Origin: Thermodesulfobacteriota bacterium
GTDB lineage: Bacteria > Desulfobacterota_D > UBA1144 > Nemesobacterales > UBA2774
Direction of reading: 5' to 3'
Length of the DNA: 64,000 nt
Assembly (NCBI GenBank): GCA_963422265.1
Contig: OY729416.1
Coordinates: 1,376,001-1,440,000, forward strand
Shown here: one piece after another, positions 31,860-41,216 of the stretch
How the letters are laid out: each line of letters begins with the position of its first letter
Position numbering within the stretch: position 1 is the first letter of the stretch
Made by a program: the position numbers and the translations under genes
The notes under the pieces: generated by a model
Databases searched by the model: none
Seen by the model: only the letters and a program-made list of their open reading frames with translations
Told to the model about the DNA's origin: nothing

Positions 31860-32137
31860 ATAAGGCTGTAAGGTGTAAAGGGGATAGCATTTATCCGGCG
31901 ATAGTAGATCAATGCTCTGGTTGGGGTGGATTTTGAGGACAGAAATCCTGACGAGGGAAAAATTTTTTATTTCGCTTGCCGCAATTAGGATTTTCGGTCA
32001 AGCGGCTGGGAATAGGTAAAGGGGGATTTTGGCTCACGCCGGATAATAGTATGTTTCAGCGGGAGTTTTTTCCAGTAGAAGATTTAGATCAGGGACTGAT
32101 CGCAGGGCGAGTGCGGTGGGTGTTTAATAAGGTGTGA
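31860..32137 (+). pseudogene. S24/LexA-like C-terminal domain remnant of a phage repressor
   Basis: Across frameshifts: VRCKGDSIYPAIVD, LVGVDFEDRNPDEGKIF, FSVKRL...LTPDN...IAGRVRWVFNKV*. Confidence 0.7.
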
Positions 32138-32142
32138 TAGTT

Positions 32143-32276
32143 CGAACTGTGATTTGAATGATTAAATGATGGGCTGTGATAGGAAGGATAAAGATTTAAA
32201 TCCCACTATATCCCCCTTTTTGAAAGGGGGAGACGATAAGGAAGCGCCCTCACCCTCTCCCAGGGGGGAGAGGGTC
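32143..32276. repeat. Composite palindromic repeat, copy 1
   Basis: ATCCCCCTTTTTGAAAGGGGGA and CCCTCACCCTCTCCCAGGGGGGAGAGGG hairpins. Confidence 0.85.
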
Positions 32277-32277
32277 A

Positions 32278-32727
32278 CTACAAATTGGAAAGCAAGCGTA
32301 GTAGGACTTCAGCGATTTCGTCTTCATCGTCTTGGGCTAACATGAGGAAAGGGCGTGGTGGAATGGTTACTTTTTTGTTTTTACCGGCTTTGCCGCCGAG
32401 CTGATGAATGCGGGCGTAGGGTTTGTTGGTTCCTACAATGGCGGAGAGTTTGTCAGAGTCAGCAGATATGGAGCCTAGCAATCCACGACCACCTGATAGA
32501 TTTAGTATGGGGTGGTAGCCTCTTTTTTTACCTCCCTTTTTCTGATTGGCGGTAGCTTTAGATAGAGGAGTCCATTTGGGTCTTCCTTCTTGTTCGAAGT
32601 TTTCGGCGATGGCGTCAAGCATGATGTCTGCGATGTCTCTCATTTCTGCAGATAAGTCTTGTGATTTGCGTAGGAGCGCTCTTGCGAGGTCGTCAATTTC
32701 TTTTGTGTTGGCAGAGATTGTTATCAT
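32278..32727 (-). CDS. Phage virion morphogenesis protein (Mu gpG-like)
   Basis: NFEQEGRPKWTPLS, VGTNKPYARIHQLGG, IPPRPFL. Confidence 0.92.
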   Translation of the reverse strand: MITISANTKEIDDLARALLRKSQDLSAEMRDIADIMLDAIAENFEQEGRPKWTPLSKATANQKKGGKKRGYHPILNLSGGRGLLGSISADSDKLSAIVGTNKPYARIHQLGGKAGKNKKVTIPPRPFLMLAQDDEDEIAEVLLRLLSNL

Positions 32728-32743
32728 GGTAGTGTAGTGTAAG

Positions 32744-32990
32744 GATTGAAAGGGGAAAGATCAAATCCCCCTGTGTCCCCCTTTTCTAAAGGGGGAGAAG
32801 ATGAGGAAGTGCCCTCACCCTGACCCTCTCCCAGGGGGAAAGGAGGTCTGAACTAGGGTTTTTAGGATGGAATGAGGGGCTAATGATTGGAAGGATAAAG
32901 ATCAAATCATCCTGTATCCCCCTTTTCTAAAGGGGGAGAAGATGAGGAAGCTCCCTCACTCTGTATTCCTCTCCCAGAGAGAGAGGGAGC
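32744..32990. repeat. Composite palindromic repeat, two tandem units
   Basis: GATCAAATCCCCCTGTGTCCCCCTTTTCTAAAGGGGGAGAAGATGAGGAAG..CCCTCAC twice. Confidence 0.9.
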
Positions 32991-33224
32991 TGAAAGAGGG
33001 GGTGGGTGGTCGGGGGAATCTTTGTGGTTGGTGGGGATTTTGTTTGTATTGGGCGAAAATGATAAAGAAGAGCCTGTAATCATTATGTTTTCTGTTTTTA
33101 AAAGCGCTTAACTCCATGCCAAACCATCTTGTCCAAAGCCAGAAAATCGCTAAAAGGTATAAGTTTGTAAGGTTTTCAGGGGAGCTGGGTAGCTGAGCAG
33201 TTCAGCAGTTTTGCTGATTAGGCA

Positions 33225-33445
33225 AGCTCACCCCTTCTACATGGTTCGGCAGGTTCACCAATCGCTCGGGGTAGCGTAACCAGTTCACTTACCACAAGCT
33301 TATGAATCGTGAGGGGAAGCTAGAAAAGCCCGCAATAACAGGCAGTTAACAGCATTTCTGTTGATTGGAGAAGCTCGCCCATTCTTATATAGTTCGGCAG
33401 GTTCACTAACCGCTCGGGACAGCGCAACCAGCTCGCTGACCGCTC
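33225..33445. repeat. Imperfect ~70-nt duplication (GTTCGGCAGGTTCAC..CGCTCGGG..AGCG.AACCAG)
   Basis: Copies at about 33225-33293 and 33372-33441. Confidence 0.75.
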
Positions 33446-33539
33446 AGGATACCACCCTGAAGAGCCGACTCAGACAGGAGCTATCGCCCCTTTCCAATCG
33501 TGCCAAACCATCTTTCAAACTATAATGAGGGGGGTTGAT

Positions 33540-33810
33540 ACCCTCACCCTGTGTCCCTCTCCCAGGGGGAAAAGGGGGTCTGAACTAGGATTTTTAGGAT
33601 TGAATGAGGGGCTGTGATTGAAAGGGGAAAGATCAAATGCCCCTAAATCCCCCTTTTCTAAAGGGGGAGAAGGCAGAGAATCGCCCTCACCCTGTGTCCC
33701 TCTCCCGGAGGGAAAGGATGTCTGAACTAAGATTTTTAGGATTGAATGAGAGGCTATGATTGAAAGGGGAAAGATCAAATGCCCCTAAATCCCCCTTTTC
33801 TAAAGGGGGA
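33540..33810. repeat. Composite palindromic repeat, two near-identical tandem units
   Basis: CCCTCACCCTGTGTCCCTCTCCC..TCTGAACTA..GCCCCTAAATCCCCCTTTTCTAAAGGGGGA twice. Confidence 0.9.
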
Positions 33811-33824
33811 TTGTGTGAGGGAAT

Positions 33825-33860
33825 AAAAAAGCCCTGAGCTTCTTCAAGCTCAAGGCTTTT
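33825..33860 (-). terminator. Intrinsic terminator
   Basis: Minus strand AAAAGCCTTGAGCTT-GAAG-AAGCTCAGGGCTTTTTT. Confidence 0.85.
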
Positions 33861-33990
33861 AGTAATGCTTGAGACTGCGCCTGATAGTCTCATGGGACAT
33901 GCGAGAAGGACTCAAACACCCCTTCTACGAAACTTTTTGGGGTCAGGCACTCCCTCAGCTACCGCCTTGAGATTTTGCCGCATATCCTTA
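33825..33990 (-). ncRNA. Candidate structured small RNA downstream of MuF
   Basis: Bounded by promoter and terminator; several hairpins; no convincing ORF. Confidence 0.6.
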
Positions 33991-33996
33991 CTTCTA

Positions 33997-34025
33997 AATA
34001 TATGACAAACAATAAAGCGTGTCAA
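33997..34025 (-). promoter_or_regulatory. Near-consensus sigma70 promoter
   Basis: Minus strand TTGACA(34025-34020)-17 nt-TATATT(34002-33997), starting 3 nt after the gpF stop. Confidence 0.8.
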
Positions 34026-34028
34026 GTA

Positions 34029-35273
34029 TTATTCCCTGACGATTGTTCCTTGACTTATTTTTTTCTTTTTCTGCTTAGGCTGTATTCGGTGAAATGATTT
34101 CACATATACTTCCGTTCCATCCTTTGTTACCTTGATCGGTATCATGTATAGCCTATTATTCTCCTTATAAATAAACTCAAGGTGATTTTCGGTATTTGCA
34201 GGGCGAACAACCAATGCCTCATCTATAACATCCTGTATTTGAGAATAATCTTCAACCTTTATACCAGGGTGATCTCTTACTGTATCAGCTGATAATCTTA
34301 CGGTTTGCGTATTAGTCCCGAGAGCTTTTTTAATCTCAGTTGGTATAACGGCAATGGGGAAAAAGTCGTCTGTTCTTACCTCTCTCATTTCTACAAACAT
34401 CCTAAAAGCGGGACCCGTGACTGTGCCTTTGACGTATTGTTTGGCAATATCGTAGTCGTATTTGTTTAGGTCTGGTTGATAGGCGGCTTTGTAGGGGTTA
34501 TAGTCAAAGCTAGGTTGTGGGAAGATTTGCTTGCCATTAGGGAGTTGGTAACCGCGCACCTTTACTTGTCTGACTTCACCGGTGCTTTTGTTTACGAGAG
34601 TTTGAGTGGAGCGGATCATCTTGCCGGATTGTGAAGCCCCCTTTGGTGGACTCTTTTGAGTGGAGAGGACTTTGAGTTTACGGCGTCCGACGTCGCGTTT
34701 GGACAGGGAGCGTTTGGAGCAGCGGCAGTTGAAGTCAAGTGGTGGTGTAAAGGTGTCCCAGAAGGGGTCGTCAAGGGGGAATACCTTGCCGTGTAGCTCT
34801 GCGTGAGCGGGGCGGACGCGGTCGTCTAGGACTGCGACATATTGTCCATAGGGGCGGTTCTTTTTGTTCTCTTGGAATCTCTCTTCCCTACCGACGGCGT
34901 AGGCAGAGGCAAGATTGGTGTTGTAGATGGTTCGTAGGCGGTGTGGCGAGCCTTCTAGGATACTCTCTGCTTGTCCTTGTGGATTAACAACTATTTTGCG
35001 ACCCCACCAGTCCTTTTTTTTGAGAGTAGGCTCGAGATTTTTACGGAATTGTTGGAAGGTTAGTCCTTTAGCAATAGCATTGTCAACGGCGTTACGGACG
35101 TCTTGCAGGACGTCAGCGCGGACAACGCGAGCGACAGTGAAGGCTTTGGCGTGTGCTTGTTTGAGAGTATCTTGCCAGTTCCATGAGAATGCGTAGCCCT
35201 TGGAGCGGAAGTATTTTATTGCCTTTTCTGGTTTGAGGTTAAAGGCGTAAGTTAGGTCAATTGGTTGGGGCAT
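34029..35273 (-). CDS. Mu gpF-like minor head protein with C-terminal PBECR-like nuclease extension
   Basis: HAKAFTVA, RLRTIYNTN, DDRVRPAH, PPLDFNCRC; ~120-aa tail (DHP..EDY..IQDVID..IKVTKDGTEVYVKSFHR). Confidence 0.88.
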   Translation of the reverse strand: MPQPIDLTYAFNLKPEKAIKYFRSKGYAFSWNWQDTLKQAHAKAFTVARVVRADVLQDVRNAVDNAIAKGLTFQQFRKNLEPTLKKKDWWGRKIVVNPQGQAESILEGSPHRLRTIYNTNLASAYAVGREERFQENKKNRPYGQYVAVLDDRVRPAHAELHGKVFPLDDPFWDTFTPPLDFNCRCSKRSLSKRDVGRRKLKVLSTQKSPPKGASQSGKMIRSTQTLVNKSTGEVRQVKVRGYQLPNGKQIFPQPSFDYNPYKAAYQPDLNKYDYDIAKQYVKGTVTGPAFRMFVEMREVRTDDFFPIAVIPTEIKKALGTNTQTVRLSADTVRDHPGIKVEDYSQIQDVIDEALVVRPANTENHLEFIYKENNRLYMIPIKVTKDGTEVYVKSFHRIQPKQKKKKISQGTIVRE

Positions 35274-35288
35274 GGTTTCTCCTCCGTG

Positions 35289-35380
35289 TCTGAACTGTGA
35301 TTTGTGGGATTAGATGAGGGGCTATGATTGAAAGGATAAGGATCAAATCCCCCTGTGTCCCCCTTTTCTAAAGGGGGAGT
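35289..35380. repeat. Composite palindromic repeat copy between the portal fragment and gpF
   Basis: TCTGAACTGTGATTT..GATCAAATCCCCCTGTGTCCCCCTTTTCTAAAGGGGGAG. Confidence 0.88.
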
Positions 35381-35391
35381 ATGTGAGGTTT

Positions 35392-35676
35392 TCATTTCTT
35401 CTCTCCGTTTAGGCGTCCCCAGATATGGGAGGTGAAGGCACCTTTTTGTAGTTGTTGGGTGATGGAGGCAGTGTCTAGTTCTGGGTAGAGCTGGGCTAGT
35501 TTGGATGAGAAGTCTGAGAAGTTCGTAGATTTCTCTGCGAGGTCAAATATGACGTCAAGTAGGGCTTCTGCTTGTTGTTGTAGCGCGGGGGCGTCATCGC
35601 CTATCTCTTGTTCGAGAGAGTCTAGGGCGGGGTCTGAGAAGGAAGGATCAAATCCCCCTGTGTCCCCCTTTTTCAA
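35392..35676 (-). pseudogene. C-terminal fragment of a Mu gp29-like portal (DUF935)
   Basis: KLAQLYPELD..LQKGAFTSHIWGRLN tail and position before gpF; the apparent N-terminus is repeat DNA. Confidence 0.7.
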
Positions 35677-35755
35677 AGGGGGAGAAGATAAGGAAGTGCC
35701 CTCACCCTGTGTCTCTCTCCCGGATTCGGCAAGCTCATTAACCGAGGGAGAAGGG
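35645..35755. repeat. Composite palindromic repeat copy at the portal breakpoint
   Basis: GGATCAAATCCCCCTGTGTCCCCCTTTTTCAAAGGGGGAG..CCCTCACCCTGTGTCTCTCTCCC. Confidence 0.88.
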
Positions 35756-36246
35756 GATATTAGGGACGAGGAGCTTGAGGTTTTACTTGAAGTGGAGCGG
35801 GAGTTGGAATCACTGCTAGCTACGTTGCAATATCAGCAGCAGGAGTGGATAAGGGTATGGCAGTTGTGTCATACGCAGAGACACGGGCAGGGGATGACAA
35901 TGGGGACGTTGATTCATTCAGAGATATGGAACAATCTACGTATGCTTGGGATACGAGGGGCATGAGAAGGAGCGAGTATTTAGGGTTACGCTTGAAATAG
36001 ATGAGGTGTTTAGGGAGTATGCGGAGAGGGAAGAGAAGAGGACATCAGCGGTGAGAACAGCACGCTCCACACGGAGAGCGATAGCAAGCGAGATTCCTCA
36101 ACCCCGTCCCGTTCGGAATGAGAGGGGACAACAAGACATAAGGATCCAACGTTACAAATCCTTGACTCAGCAAATATCAAAGGGTAACCTAAAAGGTTAA
36201 ACTTAACACAATCTTAACACTAACTTTTTCCAGAGGAGTTTCCCCA

Positions 36247-37254
36247 ATGTCAACTAAGGTTGGTATCAACGGATTCGGAAGGATCGGGAGGCACGTTCTA
36301 CGCATCGGGCTTAAAGAGAAAGAATTAGAGTTTGTAGGAATAAATGATATAAGCGACCCGAAAACGCTAGCGCACCTCTTCAAATACGATTCTACTTTCG
36401 GACCTTGCAAAAGTGAGGTTAAATCTGAGAACGGCCATATTTTAGTAGATAACAAACCTATTAGGGTCTTTTCAGAGAAAAACCCTTCGGATATTCCCTG
36501 GGGCGAAACAGGTGCACAGGTTATCGCCGAGTCAAGTGGCGTTTTCAGAAGTAAGGAGCAAGCATCTGCTCACCTTGGTAAAACCGTAAAAAAGGTAATT
36601 ATTACCGCCCCTGCAAAGGGCAACGTGGATTTCACTACAGTTCTTGGCGTAAATCAGGATAAGTATGAAAACGCCAGTCATAATATTATTTCTAACGCAT
36701 CATGCACGACTAACTGTTTTGCGATGATAGTTAAAGTCCTCCACGAAAACTTCAGAATATGCAAAGGGCAGATGACAACGGTTCATTCATATACCAACGA
36801 TCAACAGGTATTAGACGCTCCTCATAAGGACCTGAGAAGGTCTCGCGCCGCCGCTGTGTCTATCATACCGACGAGTACTGGAGCTGCAGACGCTATTAAC
36901 ATCATTTACCCTGAACTAAAAGGAAAAATGAGCGCCATCTCCATGAGGGTTCCAACGGCAAACGTTTCAGTAGTAGATTTTACTTGCGAGGTTGAAAAAC
37001 CTACCAACGCAGAAGAGGTGAACGAGAAATTTAGAACGGCTTCAAAAGAGGAACTTAACGGATATTTAAGATACGTTGGCGAGGAGCTAGTATCTTCTGA
37101 CTTTATTGGAGACTCACATTCCGCGTCTATTGACGCACCCCTTACTTCAGTAGTAGAAGGTAATCTTGTAAAGGTCATAGGCTGGTATGACAACGAGTAC
37201 GGATACTCATCGAGAGTAGTAGATTTACTCAAATTTATAGGAGACCAAATTTGA
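36247..37254 (+). CDS. gap: Glyceraldehyde-3-phosphate dehydrogenase
   Basis: GINGFGRIGR, SNASCTTNC, WYDNE. Confidence 0.97.
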   Translation: MSTKVGINGFGRIGRHVLRIGLKEKELEFVGINDISDPKTLAHLFKYDSTFGPCKSEVKSENGHILVDNKPIRVFSEKNPSDIPWGETGAQVIAESSGVFRSKEQASAHLGKTVKKVIITAPAKGNVDFTTVLGVNQDKYENASHNIISNASCTTNCFAMIVKVLHENFRICKGQMTTVHSYTNDQQVLDAPHKDLRRSRAAAVSIIPTSTGAADAINIIYPELKGKMSAISMRVPTANVSVVDFTCEVEKPTNAEEVNEKFRTASKEELNGYLRYVGEELVSSDFIGDSHSASIDAPLTSVVEGNLVKVIGWYDNEYGYSSRVVDLLKFIGDQI

Positions 37255-38474
37255 CCGGCAAGAAGGTAATATCTGATATTCCAGATTCTCAGTTTGTAGG
37301 GAAAAGGGTGTTTTTAAGGGTGGATTTTAACGTCCCGATTAGAGATGGTAAAATTCGTGAAGATTATAGAATAAGAAGGGCAATTCCTACGATTGATTAT
37401 CTAATAGAAAGAAAGGCTAAGCTGATAATAGCCTCTCATCTAGGTCGCCCCAAAGGATTAGTAATTTCGGATTTATCCTTAAGACCAATTCAAAAGCGTC
37501 TGTCCGAGCTTTTGGGAAAGTCAGTAAAATTCACCGGCAAAGTAATAGGTGAGGAAGTAAAAGAATCGGTAATGGCTCTACAAAATGGTGAGGTGTTACT
37601 TCTTGAGAACCTAAGGTTTCATAAAGAAGAAACTGACGACGCCCCTGACTTTTCTGATGAGCTTTCATCTATTGCAGACGTATATGTTAATGACGCATTT
37701 GGAACATCTCACAGGAAACATGCCTCAACATATGGAATGGCTTCCTGCTTTGACTTGAGGCTCGCTGGATTTTTAGTAAATAGAGAGCTAAAATTCCTTT
37801 CAACGATACGCGAGAATCCTGACCATCCGTTCGTGGCTATAGTAGGTGGAGGCAAGATAAAGGACAAAATCCACGCTTTGAAAAGTTTAATAGAAAAAGC
37901 GGACAAAATACTACTGGGAGGGGGAGTCGCCTACACCTTCCTAAAGGCTAAAGGTGTGAACATTGGACATTCTATAGTAGAGGAAGAGATGATTGATTGG
38001 GCTAAGCAATCGCTCCAAAAACACGGTGAGAAAATTTTTCTTCCCGAGGACCACGTAGTCGCGGGAGGCTTTGAAAGAAGAAAGAACTGTATGGTTGTGG
38101 ACGGAGACATCCATGATGAACTGCAAGGGTTCGACATAGGACCTAAAACCGCAGCAAACTACAGTCATCAGATAAAGGGGGCGGGGTCTATATTTTGGAG
38201 CGGTCCTATGGGCGTATTTGAGATTACAGACTTCTCAGCAGGCACGTCACAGCTCGCCCGCGCGGTCGCCCTTGCAACCTGGAGAGGCACTACGACAGTT
38301 GTAGGTGGCGGAGAAACCATTGCATCCATAAGAAATGCGGAGGTTCTAGATTCTGAAATCACGCACATTTCTACTGGCGGAGGAGCGCTGCTTGAATTCC
38401 TTGGAGGGGGAGAACTACCTGGGATATCCATCTTAAATGAAAGGAAAGAGAATATGTCGCTCGTCGCCAATTAA
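37251..38474 (+). CDS. pgk: Phosphoglycerate kinase
   Basis: RVDFNVP, SHLGRP, LLENLRF, HISTGGGA. Confidence 0.97.
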   Translation: MTGKKVISDIPDSQFVGKRVFLRVDFNVPIRDGKIREDYRIRRAIPTIDYLIERKAKLIIASHLGRPKGLVISDLSLRPIQKRLSELLGKSVKFTGKVIGEEVKESVMALQNGEVLLLENLRFHKEETDDAPDFSDELSSIADVYVNDAFGTSHRKHASTYGMASCFDLRLAGFLVNRELKFLSTIRENPDHPFVAIVGGGKIKDKIHALKSLIEKADKILLGGGVAYTFLKAKGVNIGHSIVEEEMIDWAKQSLQKHGEKIFLPEDHVVAGGFERRKNCMVVDGDIHDELQGFDIGPKTAANYSHQIKGAGSIFWSGPMGVFEITDFSAGTSQLARAVALATWRGTTTVVGGGETIASIRNAEVLDSEITHISTGGGALLEFLGGGELPGISILNERKENMSLVAN

Positions 38475-38557
38475 AATTAGGCTTTTTTTGTCTCTGAATT
38501 CCACGTTAATCTAAACCTAATAAGTTACAAACCAATTATAGTGAATGGGGGTAATAA

Positions 38558-39631
38558 ATGGTAAAGGCGAGGGAAGACCTAGACTCAATAGCTGAGCTAT
38601 TGGGCAATGAAGCTAGTTACCTTCTTGACCATAAATGTAAGACGGTATCTAAAGACCAACTTCACCTACCGGGACCCTCTTTTGTTGATAATGTATTTAT
38701 ACCCTCTGATCGCCAGAATTCAGTGCTCAGAAATTTGCAACTATTGTTCAATACAGGAAGGCTCGCTGGAACTGGCTACTTATCAGTACTACCCGTTGAT
38801 CAGGGTATAGAACATTCCGCAGGCGCCTCTTTCACCCCTAATCCTTTGTATTTTGATCCCGAAAATATAGTTAAATTAGCTATCGAGGGTGGGTGCAACG
38901 CGGTTGCCTCTACGCTTGGAGTGCTTGGATGTGTTTCAAGAAGATATGCCCACAAAATTCCATTTATCGTCAAGATAAATCATAATGAGTTGCTTACTTA
39001 TCCTAATAAATATGATCAGGTTATATTTGCAAACGTAGATCAGGCTTTCCAGATGGGCGCCGTTGCGGTCGGAGCAACTATATACTTCGGCTCGAACGAG
39101 AGCACGCGTCAGATACAGGAAATATCGGAAGCCTTCAGATATGCCCACACTCTGGGACTGGTAACCGTACTTTGGGCTTACCTGAGGAATCCAGCTTTCA
39201 AGACCGAAGGGATGGATTACCACCTTGCGGCGGATTTAACTGGACAGGCGAATCACCTAAGCGCTACAATTGAGGCTGACATAGTCAAACAAAAACAGGC
39301 GGAAAATAATGGTGGATTCACGTCTCTTAAGTTTGGTAAGACCGATCCAAAGGTTTATTCACAACTGACTTCTGCACATCCTATAGACTTAACTCGTTAT
39401 CAGGTTATAAATTGTTATATGGGACGCGCAGGTCTCATCAATTCAGGCGGAGCATCTACTGGCGATGACGACCTTGCTCAGGCAGTTCGCACTGCCGTGA
39501 TAAACAAAAGGGCAGGCGGCATGGGACTGATAAGCGGTAGAAAATCCTTCCAAAAACCTATGAAGGAAGGAATTAAACTTTTAAACGCCGTTCAGAACGT
39601 TTACCTTAATAAAAGCGTAACTATCGCCTGA
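38558..39631 (+). CDS. fbaB: Class I fructose-bisphosphate aldolase
   Basis: [29 protein letters not shown]. Confidence 0.95.
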   Translation: MVKAREDLDSIAELLGNEASYLLDHKCKTVSKDQLHLPGPSFVDNVFIPSDRQNSVLRNLQLLFNTGRLAGTGYLSVLPVDQGIEHSAGASFTPNPLYFDPENIVKLAIEGGCNAVASTLGVLGCVSRRYAHKIPFIVKINHNELLTYPNKYDQVIFANVDQAFQMGAVAVGATIYFGSNESTRQIQEISEAFRYAHTLGLVTVLWAYLRNPAFKTEGMDYHLAADLTGQANHLSATIEADIVKQKQAENNGGFTSLKFGKTDPKVYSQLTSAHPIDLTRYQVINCYMGRAGLINSGGASTGDDDLAQAVRTAVINKRAGGMGLISGRKSFQKPMKEGIKLLNAVQNVYLNKSVTIA

Positions 39632-39642
39632 CGATTTATATA

Positions 39643-40524
39643 TTAAACACCTTTATCTTCAAGACCTTCTGGTACCTCTCCATAATAAATAGAACCCTCT
39701 TGGTAGAGAGCTCTTATCTTTTCCTTAGGCATATCGGGCATACCCTCCGTAAGTCCAAACATCCGGCAAAGGTGCTTTAATTCTTCATCTCTACCTGGAT
39801 GAGGTGCCATTGGCTGTATCATCTTTGCCTCTCTCAACTGTTCCTTCACCCGTGAGTCTTCCTTTAGAGGAGTGCCGTATTCATTATAGTGATACAGCTT
39901 GTCAAAGCGCTTTCTGGGACGTTGTCCAGGTGCCTCAGCCGCGTATCCTACTGCCATGAGCCATAAGGGCACGACGTTCTCAGGTATGCCAAGCACCTTA
40001 GGAAATTCAGCCGGCTTCCTTCCAGTTGCAAGTAGGCATGTTCCAAGCCCAAGCTCTGTCGCCGCCAGCATGGAATGTGCAATAGCCTGTCCAGCTTCTA
40101 TCCTCAGCAGGTCCTCCGCCCTGTCCCGAGGGAAACTCATCAAACGCGGATAGGTAGTTTCTGTAAGTATCTTATACGTCCATCCATAAGCAGCCGTTAC
40201 GGCTCTTGCGGGGAACAGCACAGAAAAAGACTCCACAAGCTCCTTATACCATGCGTCCATGTTTATTAACCAAGCAATAACGATTGGTGCTTGTCTAAGC
40301 TGCTGCTCGTTGAACGTTGAAGCGCATTCAACTATTTGCTCAAACCTGTCCTTGGGATAAGTCTTTTTGTCTATAACTATTGCCTCCGTAGAACCGCAGT
40401 TGCCCTGACAGGACGCATATCTTGCAGCCTGAAGTATCCTTTGAATTTTCCAGTCTTCTACTTCCTGCCAAGGTTTGAAAAACCTAATGCTCCTTCTCGT
40501 TCCAACTGCCTCTAGAAGTTCCAT
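39643..40524 (-). CDS. Nitroreductase-family protein
   Basis: RRSIRFFK, MLAATELGLGTC, LMAVGY. Confidence 0.85.
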   Translation of the reverse strand: MELLEAVGTRRSIRFFKPWQEVEDWKIQRILQAARYASCQGNCGSTEAIVIDKKTYPKDRFEQIVECASTFNEQQLRQAPIVIAWLINMDAWYKELVESFSVLFPARAVTAAYGWTYKILTETTYPRLMSFPRDRAEDLLRIEAGQAIAHSMLAATELGLGTCLLATGRKPAEFPKVLGIPENVVPLWLMAVGYAAEAPGQRPRKRFDKLYHYNEYGTPLKEDSRVKEQLREAKMIQPMAPHPGRDEELKHLCRMFGLTEGMPDMPKEKIRALYQEGSIYYGEVPEGLEDKGV

Positions 40525-40592
40525 TTGCCCTGCCTCCTTTACTATAAATTGGGTTAATTCCCCCGACTAGTCATTATGAATTTAAGAACTAC

Positions 40593-41216
40593 TTAAATCT
40601 CTCTAGCCTCTCTAAGTCTGCTTATTAATGTTTTAATTTCTTCCGATTTAATTTTCATGCTTACTCTATTAACGACGAGTCTTGCTGTAATATCTGCAAT
40701 TGTTTCAAACTCAACAAGGTTATTCTTCTTAAGGGTTTCACCAGTCGCGGTTAAATCTACAATTACATCTGAAAGCCCAGCAATCGGCGCCAGTTCCACC
40801 GACCCATAGAGCTTTACTATTTCAGATACAATGCCTTTAGCCGTAAAATACTCGTGTGAGATTTTGGGATACTTCGTCGCTACCCTTAGTTGCTTGGCTG
40901 AACCGTAATCAAACTCCTTCAAAGCCGCTACTACTAATCTACATTGCCCGATTCCCATATCCAAAGGTTCGTATAAGTCATATTTTTCTTCAATAAGGGT
41001 ATCCTTACCTACTACTCCACAGTCCGCAGCTCCATGTTCCACGTAGGATGGAACGTCGGCAGGACGCATAACCAGTATCTTCATCCCTAACTTTGGGTAC
41101 TCAAATATGAGTTTTCTTGAATCCTCGCTCATACTGCTTAACGGATATCCAGCTTTGTCGAGAAGCTTTACTGCCTCAATTAACAATCTTCCCCTTGCCA
41201 TAGCCATAGTTATCAT
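40593..41216 (-). CDS. hisG: ATP phosphoribosyltransferase, short form
   Basis: VATKYP, GSVELAP, ATGETLKKN. Confidence 0.95.
   Translation of the reverse strand: MITMAMARGRLLIEAVKLLDKAGYPLSSMSEDSRKLIFEYPKLGMKILVMRPADVPSYVEHGAADCGVVGKDTLIEEKYDLYEPLDMGIGQCRLVVAALKEFDYGSAKQLRVATKYPKISHEYFTAKGIVSEIVKLYGSVELAPIAGLSDVIVDLTATGETLKKNNLVEFETIADITARLVVNRVSMKIKSEEIKTLISRLREAREI

Larger units (their letters stand above)
31860..35755. mobile_element. Mu-like prophage remnant (portal fragment, gpF, gpG, repressor fragment)
   Basis: Mu head-module order gp29-gpF-gpG on the minus strand; other modules absent. Confidence 0.8.

Noticed and set aside
30046-31912. ORFs with repeated SLTTYKGLK
   Set aside because: Translations of the CRISPR repeats
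33515-33893. 87-aa and 68-aa ORFs containing PPLEKGDLG
   Set aside because: Read-through of palindromic repeat DNA
33912-33983. 23-aa ORF as MuF immunity protein
   Set aside because: Very short and the RBS is only 1 nt from the ATG; the RNA reading fits better, but it is not excluded
27897-35755. Array spacers targeting the adjacent prophage
   Set aside because: No match found by eye; needs an alignment to exclude
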